Below, piece by piece: positions 30,485-40,473 of a DNA stretch of 64,000 nucleotides. Origin of the DNA: Candidatus Poribacteria bacterium. GTDB lineage: Bacteria > Poribacteria > WGA-4E > WGA-3G. Below the pieces are notes generated by a model. That model was not told where the DNA came from and did no database searches. It saw nothing but the letters and a program-made list of their open reading frames with translations. Positions within the stretch are counted from its first letter, which is position 1. Each line of letters begins with the position of its first letter. The position numbers were made by a program, and so were the translations under genes. The stretch spans positions 1,888,001-1,952,000 of the forward strand of contig OZ240248.1 in assembly GCA_965198235.1 (NCBI GenBank), read 5' to 3'.

Positions 30485-30696
30485 TTTATTGGCCTCTGGG
30501 CCGCTCTCCATTCCATTACGAGCGGGTTTTCGATTAACTCCAACTGCCCATATTGTCCCGTAAGCCTCTATAGGCTTGCGCAGAAAGGTGTTTGGACTTA
30601 ATCAGAAACCATCGCGTTTCGTAGTGGATCGGTGCCCAGGTGCCCATAGTTAAGAAAATCAAATGGAATGATGCCCAGGAGGCCCATAGTTAAAAA

Positions 30697-31557
30697 ATGC
30701 GAAAAATTACTGACAACGAAATCCAATTCTTCAACGATAACGGCTATCTCATCCTGAAAGGTGTAATCCAATCGGATGAACTTGCCGTTATACAACGCGA
30801 AAGTCAACGGCTGATTGATGAGATTTTGGCGGGTGGACCGGCAGATCCATGGTGTAACCGTGGACCAGAAGGGATTCCTTACTACCTGACCTATCTGCAC
30901 TCTCATCCGAACGAGTTCTCTCTGCGACTGTTAGGGCATCCATCCGTCGGCGATCTGCTCCATCGGATAGTCGGACCCGATTTCATTCCATGTTATGAAT
31001 CTCTTGTCTTCAAATTGCCGAAACACGGTTCCTCCGTTCGGTGGCATAGAGACGGCAACGCAATCCGTGAGAATCATCCGATTTTCAACATCGATATATA
31101 CATAGACGACTCCACCGTCGATAACGGATGTGTCTGGGTAATCCCGAAGAGCCACCTCTGGGGGATCGAAGAGGCGCAGGAGGTTATTGACAGGGGTGAA
31201 GTCAATTTTGAACGCGAAGACGCAGTGCCAGCAGAAGTTGAACCGGGTGACATTCTGCTCCACCATACCAAGGTCTTGCACGGCAGTAAAATCAACACGA
31301 GCGGTACGCTTCGTCGGGTCATTTACTTCGATCAGCGGACACCGCGATGGAACGAACGGTATAAATGGTGGCAAACGGAGTTCTTGACACAACGCTGCAA
31401 ACTCTATCAACGCGCCCTTCACGAACGCCGAACGAATCCTTATCCGTTGGATACCGAGCAGTTTGATTACAAGGTGCCATCAGATATGCCGACCTGGGAT
31501 CCGGAGGAGAATTTCGATCTGCGGATTCAGCACCGTGCATATGCGTATCAAGAGTAG
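30697..31557 (+). CDS. PhyH family dioxygenase
   Basis: F..NGYLIL, WHRD, NGC.WVIPKSH, PGDILLH...LHGS..N.S...RR. Confidence 0.88.
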   Translation: MRKITDNEIQFFNDNGYLILKGVIQSDELAVIQRESQRLIDEILAGGPADPWCNRGPEGIPYYLTYLHSHPNEFSLRLLGHPSVGDLLHRIVGPDFIPCYESLVFKLPKHGSSVRWHRDGNAIRENHPIFNIDIYIDDSTVDNGCVWVIPKSHLWGIEEAQEVIDRGEVNFEREDAVPAEVEPGDILLHHTKVLHGSKINTSGTLRRVIYFDQRTPRWNERYKWWQTEFLTQRCKLYQRALHERRTNPYPLDTEQFDYKVPSDMPTWDPEENFDLRIQHRAYAYQE

Positions 31558-31624
31558 CACAAAGCTCCTATAGATGCGGCTCAAAGCCGTGCCTACGACT
31601 AACTTGCACGCTACGCTGACAAGA

Positions 31625-31687
31625 GATGAAAACGTTGCAGACTTCGTGAATTGTGATAACGACCAGATCAGTTGGAGTTCAGACTTA
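31625..31687 (+). pseudogene. Orphan fragment of a type ISP RM specificity domain
   Basis: DENVADFVNCDNDQISWSSDL versus DENVDDFVSYDNKQISWSSGL encoded at 4419-4481 (16/21 aa identical). Confidence 0.7.
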
Positions 31688-31771
31688 GTTAAAATCTCAA
31701 TCGGTAGAAGAGACGTGAAGGTTGCGAGAAACCGCCTGCCGACAACGGAAGACAGGCGAGCAGAAAGGCAC

Positions 31772-32521
31772 ATGGTTAAAAAAATGAACGTTCTACTTGT
31801 AGGTGGTTCGGGACACGTTGGAACGATGACGCTCCCTTACATGAAGAGCCATCACAATTTTCGAGTCCTTGACCTCAATCCGCCCAAAGACACATCTATT
31901 GATTACATCCAAGGATCCGTTACCGATCCCGTTATCGTTCAGGAAGCGTTGAGAGGGATGGACACGTTAGTCTATATGGTGATGCTGCAACCGACGAGCG
32001 ACCGGTCCTCTGTCGCAGATTTTAGCGACATTGTTGCAAACTACGAGGTGAACGCGAAAGGACTGCATATCGTCTTACATGCCGCGAAGGAAGCGGGCAT
32101 CCGACACGCCGTCTACACAAGCACTTTCACCGTACATGAGCGGACACGAAACAATTTCCCGTATGAAGATGTAATGCCGCGCGATAATCCGGGTGTCTAT
32201 GGGTTAACCAAAGGCTTCGGCGAGCAGGTCTGTGAATACTTTACGCGGGAACACGGCATGTCGCTTATTGCTCTGCGGATCACGGGTCCCTCTACACGCC
32301 AACAGTGGCTTGAACGTTACGCCCAACCGAAAGATTCGTCAGTGCACATCTGGTGGACGGATGAAGAAGATCTGGCGAGCGCGTATCTCGCCGCTATTTC
32401 GGTTGAACACGAGGGTTTTGATGCTTTCTTTATTGCGGGAGATCACGAACAGAAGGAAATTAATCTCTCAAAAGCGAAACGACTGCTCGGTTGGGAACCG
32501 CTGACGCACACACGTGTGTGA
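31772..32521 (+). CDS. NAD-dependent epimerase/dehydratase (uronate dehydrogenase-like)
   Basis: GGSGHVG, YGLTKGFGE (YxxxK), AKRLLGWEP. Confidence 0.85.
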   Translation: MVKKMNVLLVGGSGHVGTMTLPYMKSHHNFRVLDLNPPKDTSIDYIQGSVTDPVIVQEALRGMDTLVYMVMLQPTSDRSSVADFSDIVANYEVNAKGLHIVLHAAKEAGIRHAVYTSTFTVHERTRNNFPYEDVMPRDNPGVYGLTKGFGEQVCEYFTREHGMSLIALRITGPSTRQQWLERYAQPKDSSVHIWWTDEEDLASAYLAAISVEHEGFDAFFIAGDHEQKEINLSKAKRLLGWEPLTHTRV

Positions 32522-32543
32522 ATGATGTGGATGACTCCGTAAT

Positions 32544-32572
32544 TTGACAAAAACCTTGTTGCATGATACAAT
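32544..32572 (+). promoter_or_regulatory. Sigma70 promoter overlapping the 5' end of the PIN ORF
   Basis: TTGACA-17 bp-TACAAT. Confidence 0.7.
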
Positions 32573-33255
32573 ATAACACGGACAAACCGAAAGTCTACGT
32601 TGAAACAACAGTCGTTAGTTAATTGGTCGCTCGGCCTAGCTACGATGTAATGGTCGCCGCTCGACAACAAGCAACGCAACAACTGTGGACAGAATATGCT
32701 GATAACTTTGAATTTATGATTTCAGATATAGTCCTCAACGAGGTCAGCCGAGGTGATGTAGTAGCAGCTCAGCATCGGCTTGAGATGTTAGCAGATCTAC
32801 CAGTATTAGATGTCTCATCGGAGTCTATAATGCTTGAGGAAAATCTGATAGATGCTGGTGCCGTGCCACAACACTCGCGCCCAGACGCACAGCATATCGC
32901 CATTGCCACGGTGAATAGTATTGAATATCTAATCTCTTGGAACTACAGGCATATTGTGAATGAAACCAAGCGGAATCTGATAAACGAGGTTTGTCACGCC
33001 GCAGGATTTCAACCCACAAGCCTTTGCACACTCATTGAGCTGATTGAGGAGATTCAAATGAAAGAGGAACATGATACACGCATGGATCCAGTACTGGAAG
33101 AGTGCTATCGGATGAAAGAAGAATTTGCCTCCCAATTTAAATCTTCGCAAGAACTCTACGATTATTTGAAGGCGGAACAGCAAAAATTTAAAGCACTCGG
33201 TTGGAAATATCTGTCTCCACCACCGCCCCGAACCGAATCTGGTAAAAAAGACTAA
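32563..33255 (+). pseudogene. PIN-domain toxin with nonsense codon, fused to a putative antitoxin tail
   Basis: KPKVYVETTVVS*LVARPS (TAA at 32620-32622), DAQHIAIA, YLISWN..HI.N; tail from MKEE (33058) preceded by GAGGAG. Confidence 0.78.
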
Positions 33256-33281
33256 ACTGTTCACACGAAGGAAAATTGCCT

Positions 33282-34094
33282 ATGACGCACCCTGAACTCA
33301 CCTTAACGGAACGTCGCCCGTTTCAAACCCAACGCCGAGATACATGGTGGTTGCAACCCTTAGCCGTATTTGTCGGGTTGGGACTCTTCATCGTTTATAC
33401 CACCTTTCGGGTTTTTGAAGGCAATCATTTCATTCACGGACCCTACTTGTCGCCTTTCTATTCACCGTTGCTTTTTGGTACTGAAAAGGCGGTGCATAGC
33501 CTCGATCACAGTTGGTTTGGCATGATGCCGTCTTGGATACCGGGTTTCATTACGCCGGCTGTTCTCATTTTGTGGGCACCGCTCGGATTTCGCTTTACAT
33601 GCTACTATTACCGTGGGGCGTATTACAAAGCGTTTTGGGCAGATCCACCCTCCTGCACGGTATCAGAACCGCGTAATAACTACCGAGGTGAACACTCTTT
33701 CCCCTTACTTGTTCAGAATATTCACAGATATTTCCTCTACGTTGCCTTCATCATTTGGATTATTCTCGCTATTGATGTATGGAAAGCACTATGGTTTGAC
33801 GATGGTAACGGCGGGACAACCTTCGGCATCGGCGTAGGCACCATCATCTTGGCAGGCAATATTGTGCTTTTAGGCGGTTATACCTTCGGATGCCACTCTT
33901 TACGCCACTTGGTCGGTGGGGTTGTCGACCTGCTCTCCAAAGCACCAGTCCGTCGGGGAGCCTATAACTGTGTCAGTTGCTTGAACCGTCGGCATATGCT
34001 TTGGGCATGGATGAGTCTCTGTTGGGTCGGTGTTTCTGATCTCTATGTCCGTATCGCTGCCACAACAGGTTTTAAAGACTGGATTACTTTTTAA
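33282..34094 (+). CDS. Succinate dehydrogenase membrane anchor (mycobacterial Sdh1/Rv0249c-like)
   Basis: YLSPFYSP, FR.TCYYYR.AYY..F..DPP.C.V.E, QN.HRYF, GCHS.RH motifs; first gene of the sdh operon. Confidence 0.8.
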   Translation: MTHPELTLTERRPFQTQRRDTWWLQPLAVFVGLGLFIVYTTFRVFEGNHFIHGPYLSPFYSPLLFGTEKAVHSLDHSWFGMMPSWIPGFITPAVLILWAPLGFRFTCYYYRGAYYKAFWADPPSCTVSEPRNNYRGEHSFPLLVQNIHRYFLYVAFIIWIILAIDVWKALWFDDGNGGTTFGIGVGTIILAGNIVLLGGYTFGCHSLRHLVGGVVDLLSKAPVRRGAYNCVSCLNRRHMLWAWMSLCWVGVSDLYVRIAATTGFKDWITF

Positions 34095-34132
34095 AAAACA
34101 TCTATTGTAGAGAAGAAAGAGGAAACATTAGC

Positions 34133-35965
34133 GTGTCATCTTACGAAACTCATGAATATGATGTATTGATAATCGGAGCCGGTGGTGCTGGACTTCGGGC
34201 AGCTATTGAAGCCGCCACAGGTGACCTAAAAGTAGGGCTCGTGTGCAAATCTTTGCTCGGCAAGGCGCACACTGTTATGGCGGAAGGTGGAGTCGCCGCT
34301 GCTTTGGCGAACGTTGATGAAAGAGATAGTTGGCGTGTGCATTTCGCTGATACCATGCGCGGTGGACAGTACCTCTCTAACGCACGAATGGCGGAACTTC
34401 ACGCCCAAGAAGCACCAGACAGAGTGCGTGAGCTTGAAGCGTGGGGGGCTCTATTTGACCGAACACAAGATGGAGGCATCCTTCAGCGGAACTTTGGTGG
34501 ACACCAATACCCGCGCCTCGCACACGTCGGCGATCGAACTGGATTGGAAATGATCCGCGCGCTACAGGACCACGGTATTCATCAAGGTATTGAGGTGCAC
34601 ATGGAGAATACCGTCGTTTCACTCCTCAAAACGGGTGAGAGAGTCTCAGGGGCATTCGGTTACGAACGTGAGAAAGGACGATTCAAGGTCTTTTCCGCCA
34701 AAACTGTCGTTTTAGCAACAGGCGGTGTCGGAAAGGCATATAAGATCACAAGCAATAGTTGGGAATATACCGGCGATGGCCATTCCCTCGCATACCACGC
34801 CGGGGCGGAACTCATAGATATGGAATTCGTCCAATTCCATCCCACTGGCATGGTGTGGCCCCCCAGTGTCCGAGGTATCTTGGTCACGGAGGGGGTACGT
34901 GGCGAAGGTGGTATCCTCCAAAACAGTGAGGGTAAACGCTTCATGTTCGATGATATCCCGGAACTCTATGTGAACCAGACGGCGGATAACCCTGAAGAAG
35001 GCTGGCGATATACACAAGGCGACCGAGATGCCCGCCGTCCACCTGAGCTTCTCACGCGCGATCATGTTGCACGGTGCATCGTCCGAGAGGTCCAAGAGGG
35101 GCGGGGAAGTCCACACGGTGGTGTATTCTTGGATATAGCGTGGATTAAGGAAAAAATTTCGAGTGCTCCAGAGCATATCCGTAGGAAGTTACCGAGTATG
35201 TACCATCAATTCAAGGAGCTCGCCGACATTGACATCACACAAGAACCTATGGAGGTAGGTCCCACAACCCACTACATCATGGGCGGCATTCGGGTCGATG
35301 CTGATTCACAGATGACAGCAGTTCCAGGGCTTTTCGCCGCGGGTGAATGTGCAGCGGGATTACACGGTGCCAACAGACTCGGTGGTAATTCATTGTCGGA
35401 TCTGCTCGTTTTCGGTAAACGCGCCGGAGAATACGCCGCACAGTTTGCGGAGGAGAACGAGGCAGCCCCACTTGATGAAGCAGAAATTGATGCAATCGCT
35501 GCACACACACTAAAACCCTTTGAGAACCCGGCAGACGATGGCAATGCAGACAATACGGGACCCTACGGCATTCAAGCACAACTCCAAGAAAAGATGCAGG
35601 AACTGGTAGGTATTGCCCGAAGCCAGGAAAGTCTCAGGCAAGCCTTGGAAGAGATCCAAAACCTGCGCGAGCAGGCAGAGAGCGTTCATGCTGTCGGCAA
35701 TCGGGAATATAACGCTGGATGGCATACCGCACTTGATCTCGACTGCTTGATCACGATCTCCGAAGCGATTGCACTCGCAGCACTTGAACGCAAGGCGAGC
35801 ATCGGTGCACATTCACGGGACGATTATCCTGAGAAAGAGGAACCCGGTGCAGGCAAATATAACACCATCGTTAAGAAGGCATCCGATGGCACAATGGAGA
35901 TTCGCCGGCAATCGGTTGAGGAACCCCGAGCCGATCTGCAGGAGATCATAGACGAAATCGGATAG
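34133..35965 (+). CDS. sdhA: Succinate dehydrogenase/fumarate reductase flavoprotein subunit
   Basis: GAGGAG, AHTVMAEGG, QFHPTG, TEGVRGEGG, HYIMGG, HGANRLGGNSL. Confidence 0.95.
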   Translation: MSSYETHEYDVLIIGAGGAGLRAAIEAATGDLKVGLVCKSLLGKAHTVMAEGGVAAALANVDERDSWRVHFADTMRGGQYLSNARMAELHAQEAPDRVRELEAWGALFDRTQDGGILQRNFGGHQYPRLAHVGDRTGLEMIRALQDHGIHQGIEVHMENTVVSLLKTGERVSGAFGYEREKGRFKVFSAKTVVLATGGVGKAYKITSNSWEYTGDGHSLAYHAGAELIDMEFVQFHPTGMVWPPSVRGILVTEGVRGEGGILQNSEGKRFMFDDIPELYVNQTADNPEEGWRYTQGDRDARRPPELLTRDHVARCIVREVQEGRGSPHGGVFLDIAWIKEKISSAPEHIRRKLPSMYHQFKELADIDITQEPMEVGPTTHYIMGGIRVDADSQMTAVPGLFAAGECAAGLHGANRLGGNSLSDLLVFGKRAGEYAAQFAEENEAAPLDEAEIDAIAAHTLKPFENPADDGNADNTGPYGIQAQLQEKMQELVGIARSQESLRQALEEIQNLREQAESVHAVGNREYNAGWHTALDLDCLITISEAIALAALERKASIGAHSRDDYPEKEEPGAGKYNTIVKKASDGTMEIRRQSVEEPRADLQEIIDEIG

Positions 35966-36026
35966 CATTTTAATTGTTCGCAAGGCGTTAAATCAGGTGT
36001 TTTGTTTATCAAAGGGTTCTGCTCAT

Positions 36027-36316
36027 ATCCGCCTGCGCCGTTGTTGCAGGCTGCCGTTTTGAGTAAAATTAAAAGCCGTAGCCCGTAATGTAATGGAGGG
36101 GTTTTTGCTTGGGTGTTTCTTCAGATCTACGGAAGATAACGTGAAATCCCAAACCCGCCTCAACGAACCGCAAGGAAAATTAAAAAAACCGCAAGGAAAA
36201 ATTCAATCCTTGTGAATCCACCAAACCTGTAGCCCGTAACGTAGTGGAGGGCGGATCTACGGAGAGGCACTTCATTCATCAAACTGACTTGATCGAACCG
36301 CAAGGAACATTAAAAA
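36027..36316. repeat. Cluster of AACCGCAAGG-ended / GTAGCCCGTAA REP-like elements between sdhA and sdhB
   Basis: Two related units; relatives at 48043-48250, 55340-55520 and 62980-63075. Confidence 0.7.
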
Positions 36317-36317
36317 G

Positions 36318-37058
36318 ATGGCGAAAACAACATTTAGAATCTGGCGTGGTAATGCGGATGGAGCGGAATTTGTCGATTATGACACCGAGGTTTCTGAAGG
36401 TATGGTAGTTTTAGATGCCGTCCATCGTATCCAAGCCGAGCAAGCAAACGACATGGCTGTTCGATGGAATTGTAAAGCGGGAAAATGCGGATCCTGCTCC
36501 GCTGAAGTCAACGGACAACCAAAATTGATGTGCATGACGCGTCTCAACGACTTACCCCTTGATGAACCTGTCACGGTCGAACCGATGCGTGCATTCCCGC
36601 TCATCAAAGACCTCGTTACAGACGTATCATGGAACTTCAGAGTTAAAGAGAGAATGAAGCCTTTCACGCCACGACCTCCTGATGCCGAAGATGGCACATG
36701 GCGGATGGAACAGGAAGACATCGATCACATCCAGGAGTTTCGGAAATGCATTGAGTGCTTCCTCTGCCAGGATGTCTGCCATGTCCTTCGGGAACACGAT
36801 CTTCATGACGAATTCATCGGACCGAGATTCTTCGTTTACGCCGCTTCCTTGGAAATGCATCCGATTGACACTGAAAACCGGTTGGAAGAATTGAAGGATT
36901 CGGATGGTATCGGGTATTGTAACATTACCAAATGTTGTACGAAGGTCTGCCCGGAACATATCACGATTACGGACAACGCCATTATCCCGCTCAAAGAACG
37001 CGTCGTTGACCAATTCTACGATCCGGTTAAAAAATTGTTCCGCGTTTTTAGTGGCTGA
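36318..37058 (+). CDS. sdhB: Succinate dehydrogenase iron-sulfur subunit
   Basis: CKAGKCGSC, CIECFLCQDVC, CNITKCCTKVCP. Confidence 0.95.
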   Translation: MAKTTFRIWRGNADGAEFVDYDTEVSEGMVVLDAVHRIQAEQANDMAVRWNCKAGKCGSCSAEVNGQPKLMCMTRLNDLPLDEPVTVEPMRAFPLIKDLVTDVSWNFRVKERMKPFTPRPPDAEDGTWRMEQEDIDHIQEFRKCIECFLCQDVCHVLREHDLHDEFIGPRFFVYAASLEMHPIDTENRLEELKDSDGIGYCNITKCCTKVCPEHITITDNAIIPLKERVVDQFYDPVKKLFRVFSG

Positions 37059-37168
37059 AAGACTCACTGCCACGTCTAAACCGCAGTGAATGCGAATCAC
37101 CGTTCTCAAATTGGCGTAACAAGCACGAAAATTTCTTTTGATATATATAATTCGGAGATGTTAGAATC

Positions 37169-38305
37169 ATGGGAACCAGCAAAAATGATATTTTAAGAGT
37201 TGGTGTGATTGGACCCGGCGGTGCAGGACGAGGGAACACACTCGGTTTCGCAACCCGTCCCGACGCTGAAGTCGTCGCCGCTGTGGACACCCACGAAGCG
37301 AGTTTGGACGCTTTAGAAAACGCGCTCCAAGAACGCGTTGACGGCTATAAAGCGAATAGTTTCAACCGCTACCTCGGTGAATACGAGTTCGTGGAGATGC
37401 TCAATCACGAAGATTTGGATATAGTCGGTGTATTCTCGCCCCACTCCCTTCACGATATTCACACGAAATACGCCCTCCGCGCCGGATGCCACGTTATCGT
37501 CGAAAAACCGATGGCAAATATCGTTGGCGATGCAATCACGGTAACCAAAATCGCAATGGGCAGCGGATTACACCTCGTCGGTGGGTATCAACGACATTAC
37601 GAGGATACCTACATGGCAACCAGGCGCGCAATCGCTGAAGGACGCATCGGAAACCTCCAGAAATTTGAGGTTTACATGGCGCAGCGGTGGGGGGCGGGTG
37701 GATGGCGAGGGGATCCACGCTTCTCCGGCGGTGGGCAACCCAACGACTCAGGAAGCCACCTCCAAGATATATTCTTATGGATGACGGGTGCCTTGCCCGC
37801 TGAGGTCTACGGAACGACTGACATGAAATTTGAGGACGACGATGGAAACCTCGTTCCAAAGTTCGTTGAAATTAATTCCTACTCAGATGTAACGCTGGAT
37901 AACGGTGCCGAAGGCACAATCACTATCCTCGGGAACACGCGCGTTGGGTTTGAAGAATGGGTAATTCTGGAAGGTGATGAAGGAACGATCGAAATCAAAA
38001 ATGGCATTCGTTACACTCCCCAAGGTGGCGAGCCAGAATCCCTTGCTTATCCGCGTCCGGAAGGGTATCCCCGCAACAAGGTCGACCAACTCGTCGGTTT
38101 AGTAAAAGGTGAGTACCAGACAAACTACACCTCTGGCATCAATGGGGTACGTACCAGTTGGTTGACAAATTCAATTCTCGAAGCAGGTAAGGGACCCGAC
38201 GCGAAAAATAGGGTGAATTGCGATAACCTCATCCAGAAAGATGGATACACTCGGCAAGAGGTTTTAGAATTGATTGATGAATGCGCATCCAAATCATGTT
38301 ATTAA
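37169..38305 (+). CDS. Gfo/Idh/MocA family oxidoreductase
   Basis: VGVIGPGGAG, SPHSLH, HVIVEKPMA, WR.DP..SGGG...D.GSH..D. Confidence 0.88.
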   Translation: MGTSKNDILRVGVIGPGGAGRGNTLGFATRPDAEVVAAVDTHEASLDALENALQERVDGYKANSFNRYLGEYEFVEMLNHEDLDIVGVFSPHSLHDIHTKYALRAGCHVIVEKPMANIVGDAITVTKIAMGSGLHLVGGYQRHYEDTYMATRRAIAEGRIGNLQKFEVYMAQRWGAGGWRGDPRFSGGGQPNDSGSHLQDIFLWMTGALPAEVYGTTDMKFEDDDGNLVPKFVEINSYSDVTLDNGAEGTITILGNTRVGFEEWVILEGDEGTIEIKNGIRYTPQGGEPESLAYPRPEGYPRNKVDQLVGLVKGEYQTNYTSGINGVRTSWLTNSILEAGKGPDAKNRVNCDNLIQKDGYTRQEVLELIDECASKSCY

Positions 38306-38368
38306 AGCACGGATGCCTATTCACGTAGGTGACTTCAGACCGAGTCAATATAAAAAAGGAGAAAGACC

Positions 38369-40368
38369 GTGAAATTTTCGGCACAACTCGCAACCAAGAT
38401 TTATGATGGCTGGCAAAAACTCGCTGTTAAAAGTATGAAGTATTGTCCGCTCGTCGCTATTATTTTGGTAGTATTGGTCCAAATTAGTTGCGTACCCGGT
38501 AGCGCGCTGCGCCCTGCGGAAAAACTCGTTGAGCAGAAAGATTACCCAGGTGCGGTAGAGGCTTATCAAAGTATTGTGGATGCCCAACCCGGCACACCCG
38601 AAGCACTTCAGGCACAACTCGCTATAGGCAAACTTTTCATCGATCGGATGAACCAACCTGCAGAAGGGATTAAAGCCTATGAAGCAGTCATTGCCGCTGC
38701 AGCGGAAAGCGACGAAGCTGCTGAAGCACATTATGAACTCGGCATGCACTACTATCGACAAAAGGATTTTAAAGCCGCTCAAACCCAATTTGACGCAGTC
38801 ATCAACAACTTTCCGCAGCTCGAATTGAGCCACAACTCGCAACTGATGCTGGCGAAAAGTTATGAAGAGGCAAAGGACTTTGAGCAGGCAGTAGAGGTTT
38901 TCGATAACTTCGCAAACCGGAACCCTCGTAGTGAACGCGCCGCACTGGCTATTGCCAATAAAGGGCGAATCCAACGGCAGCACCTCAAAAACGAAGAGGA
39001 AGCGAAACGCACTTATCAATCACTCGTTAAGAGATATGGTAAGGTCGAAGGTGCTGAAAAAGAAATTGAGAAAGCGAAACAGGAACTGACAGACCTCAAG
39101 GCAAGCATTCCAAAACCTGATGACCCACTGGCAACACAGCTTGACAGAGCCTATGCACAGCGGGAAGCGAGGCGTGAACTGGATCGACCTCGCGGGGGTG
39201 TTGAGAGAAGCCGCGCAATGGGAAATATTAATTTACAAGTCGCGGACTCCGGATTCGGGGTTGGTGCGTCAGAGGTCATGCGGAATTTCGGCGGTCAAGG
39301 TGGTATCGTAGGTGATGCACAGGGCAGCTACTTCGATGCTGAACTTATGATTGCCAACTTCTTCTATGGTGATGAAAGTTACCGTGACGCAGGTGCCTTA
39401 TACTACGATGCAATTGCCCGCGCCGAAGCAATACAGGTGAAAATCGACCCGTATACCTACCTCAAACTCTCAATTTGCTACCGAAAAATCGGGATGCATC
39501 AACGGGCGAAAGAGGTTCTCAAAAAGGCAGCGCGCCGAGATGGTGGGGTCATTCAAGCCGTCATCGACACCGGACGGAATCACTACACTTCCGATTCGTA
39601 TGAGAAAGCGATAGAAACCTACAATTCTGTTCTTGGAATGGCTCAACGCAAAGATTCCGAGATTTACTGGTTACTCTCGCTCGCCCACAAAAGTTAGGTG
39701 AACCCGAGAAGGAGCGAGAGGTTCTTGAGCGATCTGTCGCGGCGAACACGCAGAATGTGGATGCGCTACAAAGCCTTGCCGAAGTCCTCCACTATCGGTT
39801 GAAGGATCGGAAAACCGCCATAATCTTTCAGGATCTCGTTGATCAGAAAGGCGATTCATACATCGGGTCTAAAACCCTCGGTGACCTCACCTATAAGTAC
39901 GGGAATTATGTGCAATCCCGTGCGAAATATAGAGCCGCCGCACGGACAGCGAAACGGTTGCTCAACAAATCGGAAAGCGAAGTCGAAAAGAAAAAACTTC
40001 GCAATCAGGTCGTTTATGCGACTATCTTCGCTGCACGTGCTACCTATCACCTGAAGAAACTGGAAGACGCGCAGAAGATGATAGATGAATTGGCAGCAGA
40101 GTATCCCGAACACGCCTTAATCCCTTACGGTAGGGGTGAGTTAGCACTTTTAGACGGCGATGCGGAAACTGCTGTTGCTGAATTCAAAGCGTCGATTGAG
40201 AAGAACCCGCTTTCTGACATTTCACTGATAGCACTTGGAGAGTACTATGTCTCACAAGGGTTTAATGACGACGCTATAGCCCTGTGGGAAGGCTATTTGG
40301 CGAAAAATCAATATAATCAGAAAGTCCGTCGCAGCCTTAATAAGTTGAAAGGTGAAGACGCGGAATAA
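38369..40368 (+). CDS. TPR/BamD-like lipoprotein, split by one frameshift near 39690
   Basis: Lipobox-like VQISC, TPR repeats; ORFs 38369-39697 and 39757-40368 join if one A is added to CACAAAAG (HKKLGEPEKERE...). Confidence 0.7.
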
Positions 40369-40444
40369 GTGTTGTAAACCGCGCGGTTGAAAAACCGCGC
40401 GATACATCATGATTTCGGAATAATCAGTCTTTTTAGAAAAAAAC

Positions 40445-40473
40445 TTGACCTTTTATTGCCAATTGTGTATAAT
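40445..40473 (+). promoter_or_regulatory. Sigma70 promoter upstream of a long rho leader
   Basis: TTGACC-17 bp-TATAAT with extended TG. Confidence 0.7.

Noticed and set aside
31574-31771. N-terminal extension of the epimerase ORF
   Set aside because: Composed of a REP hairpin and an RM fragment; the real start is probably ATG 31772 or the next Met.
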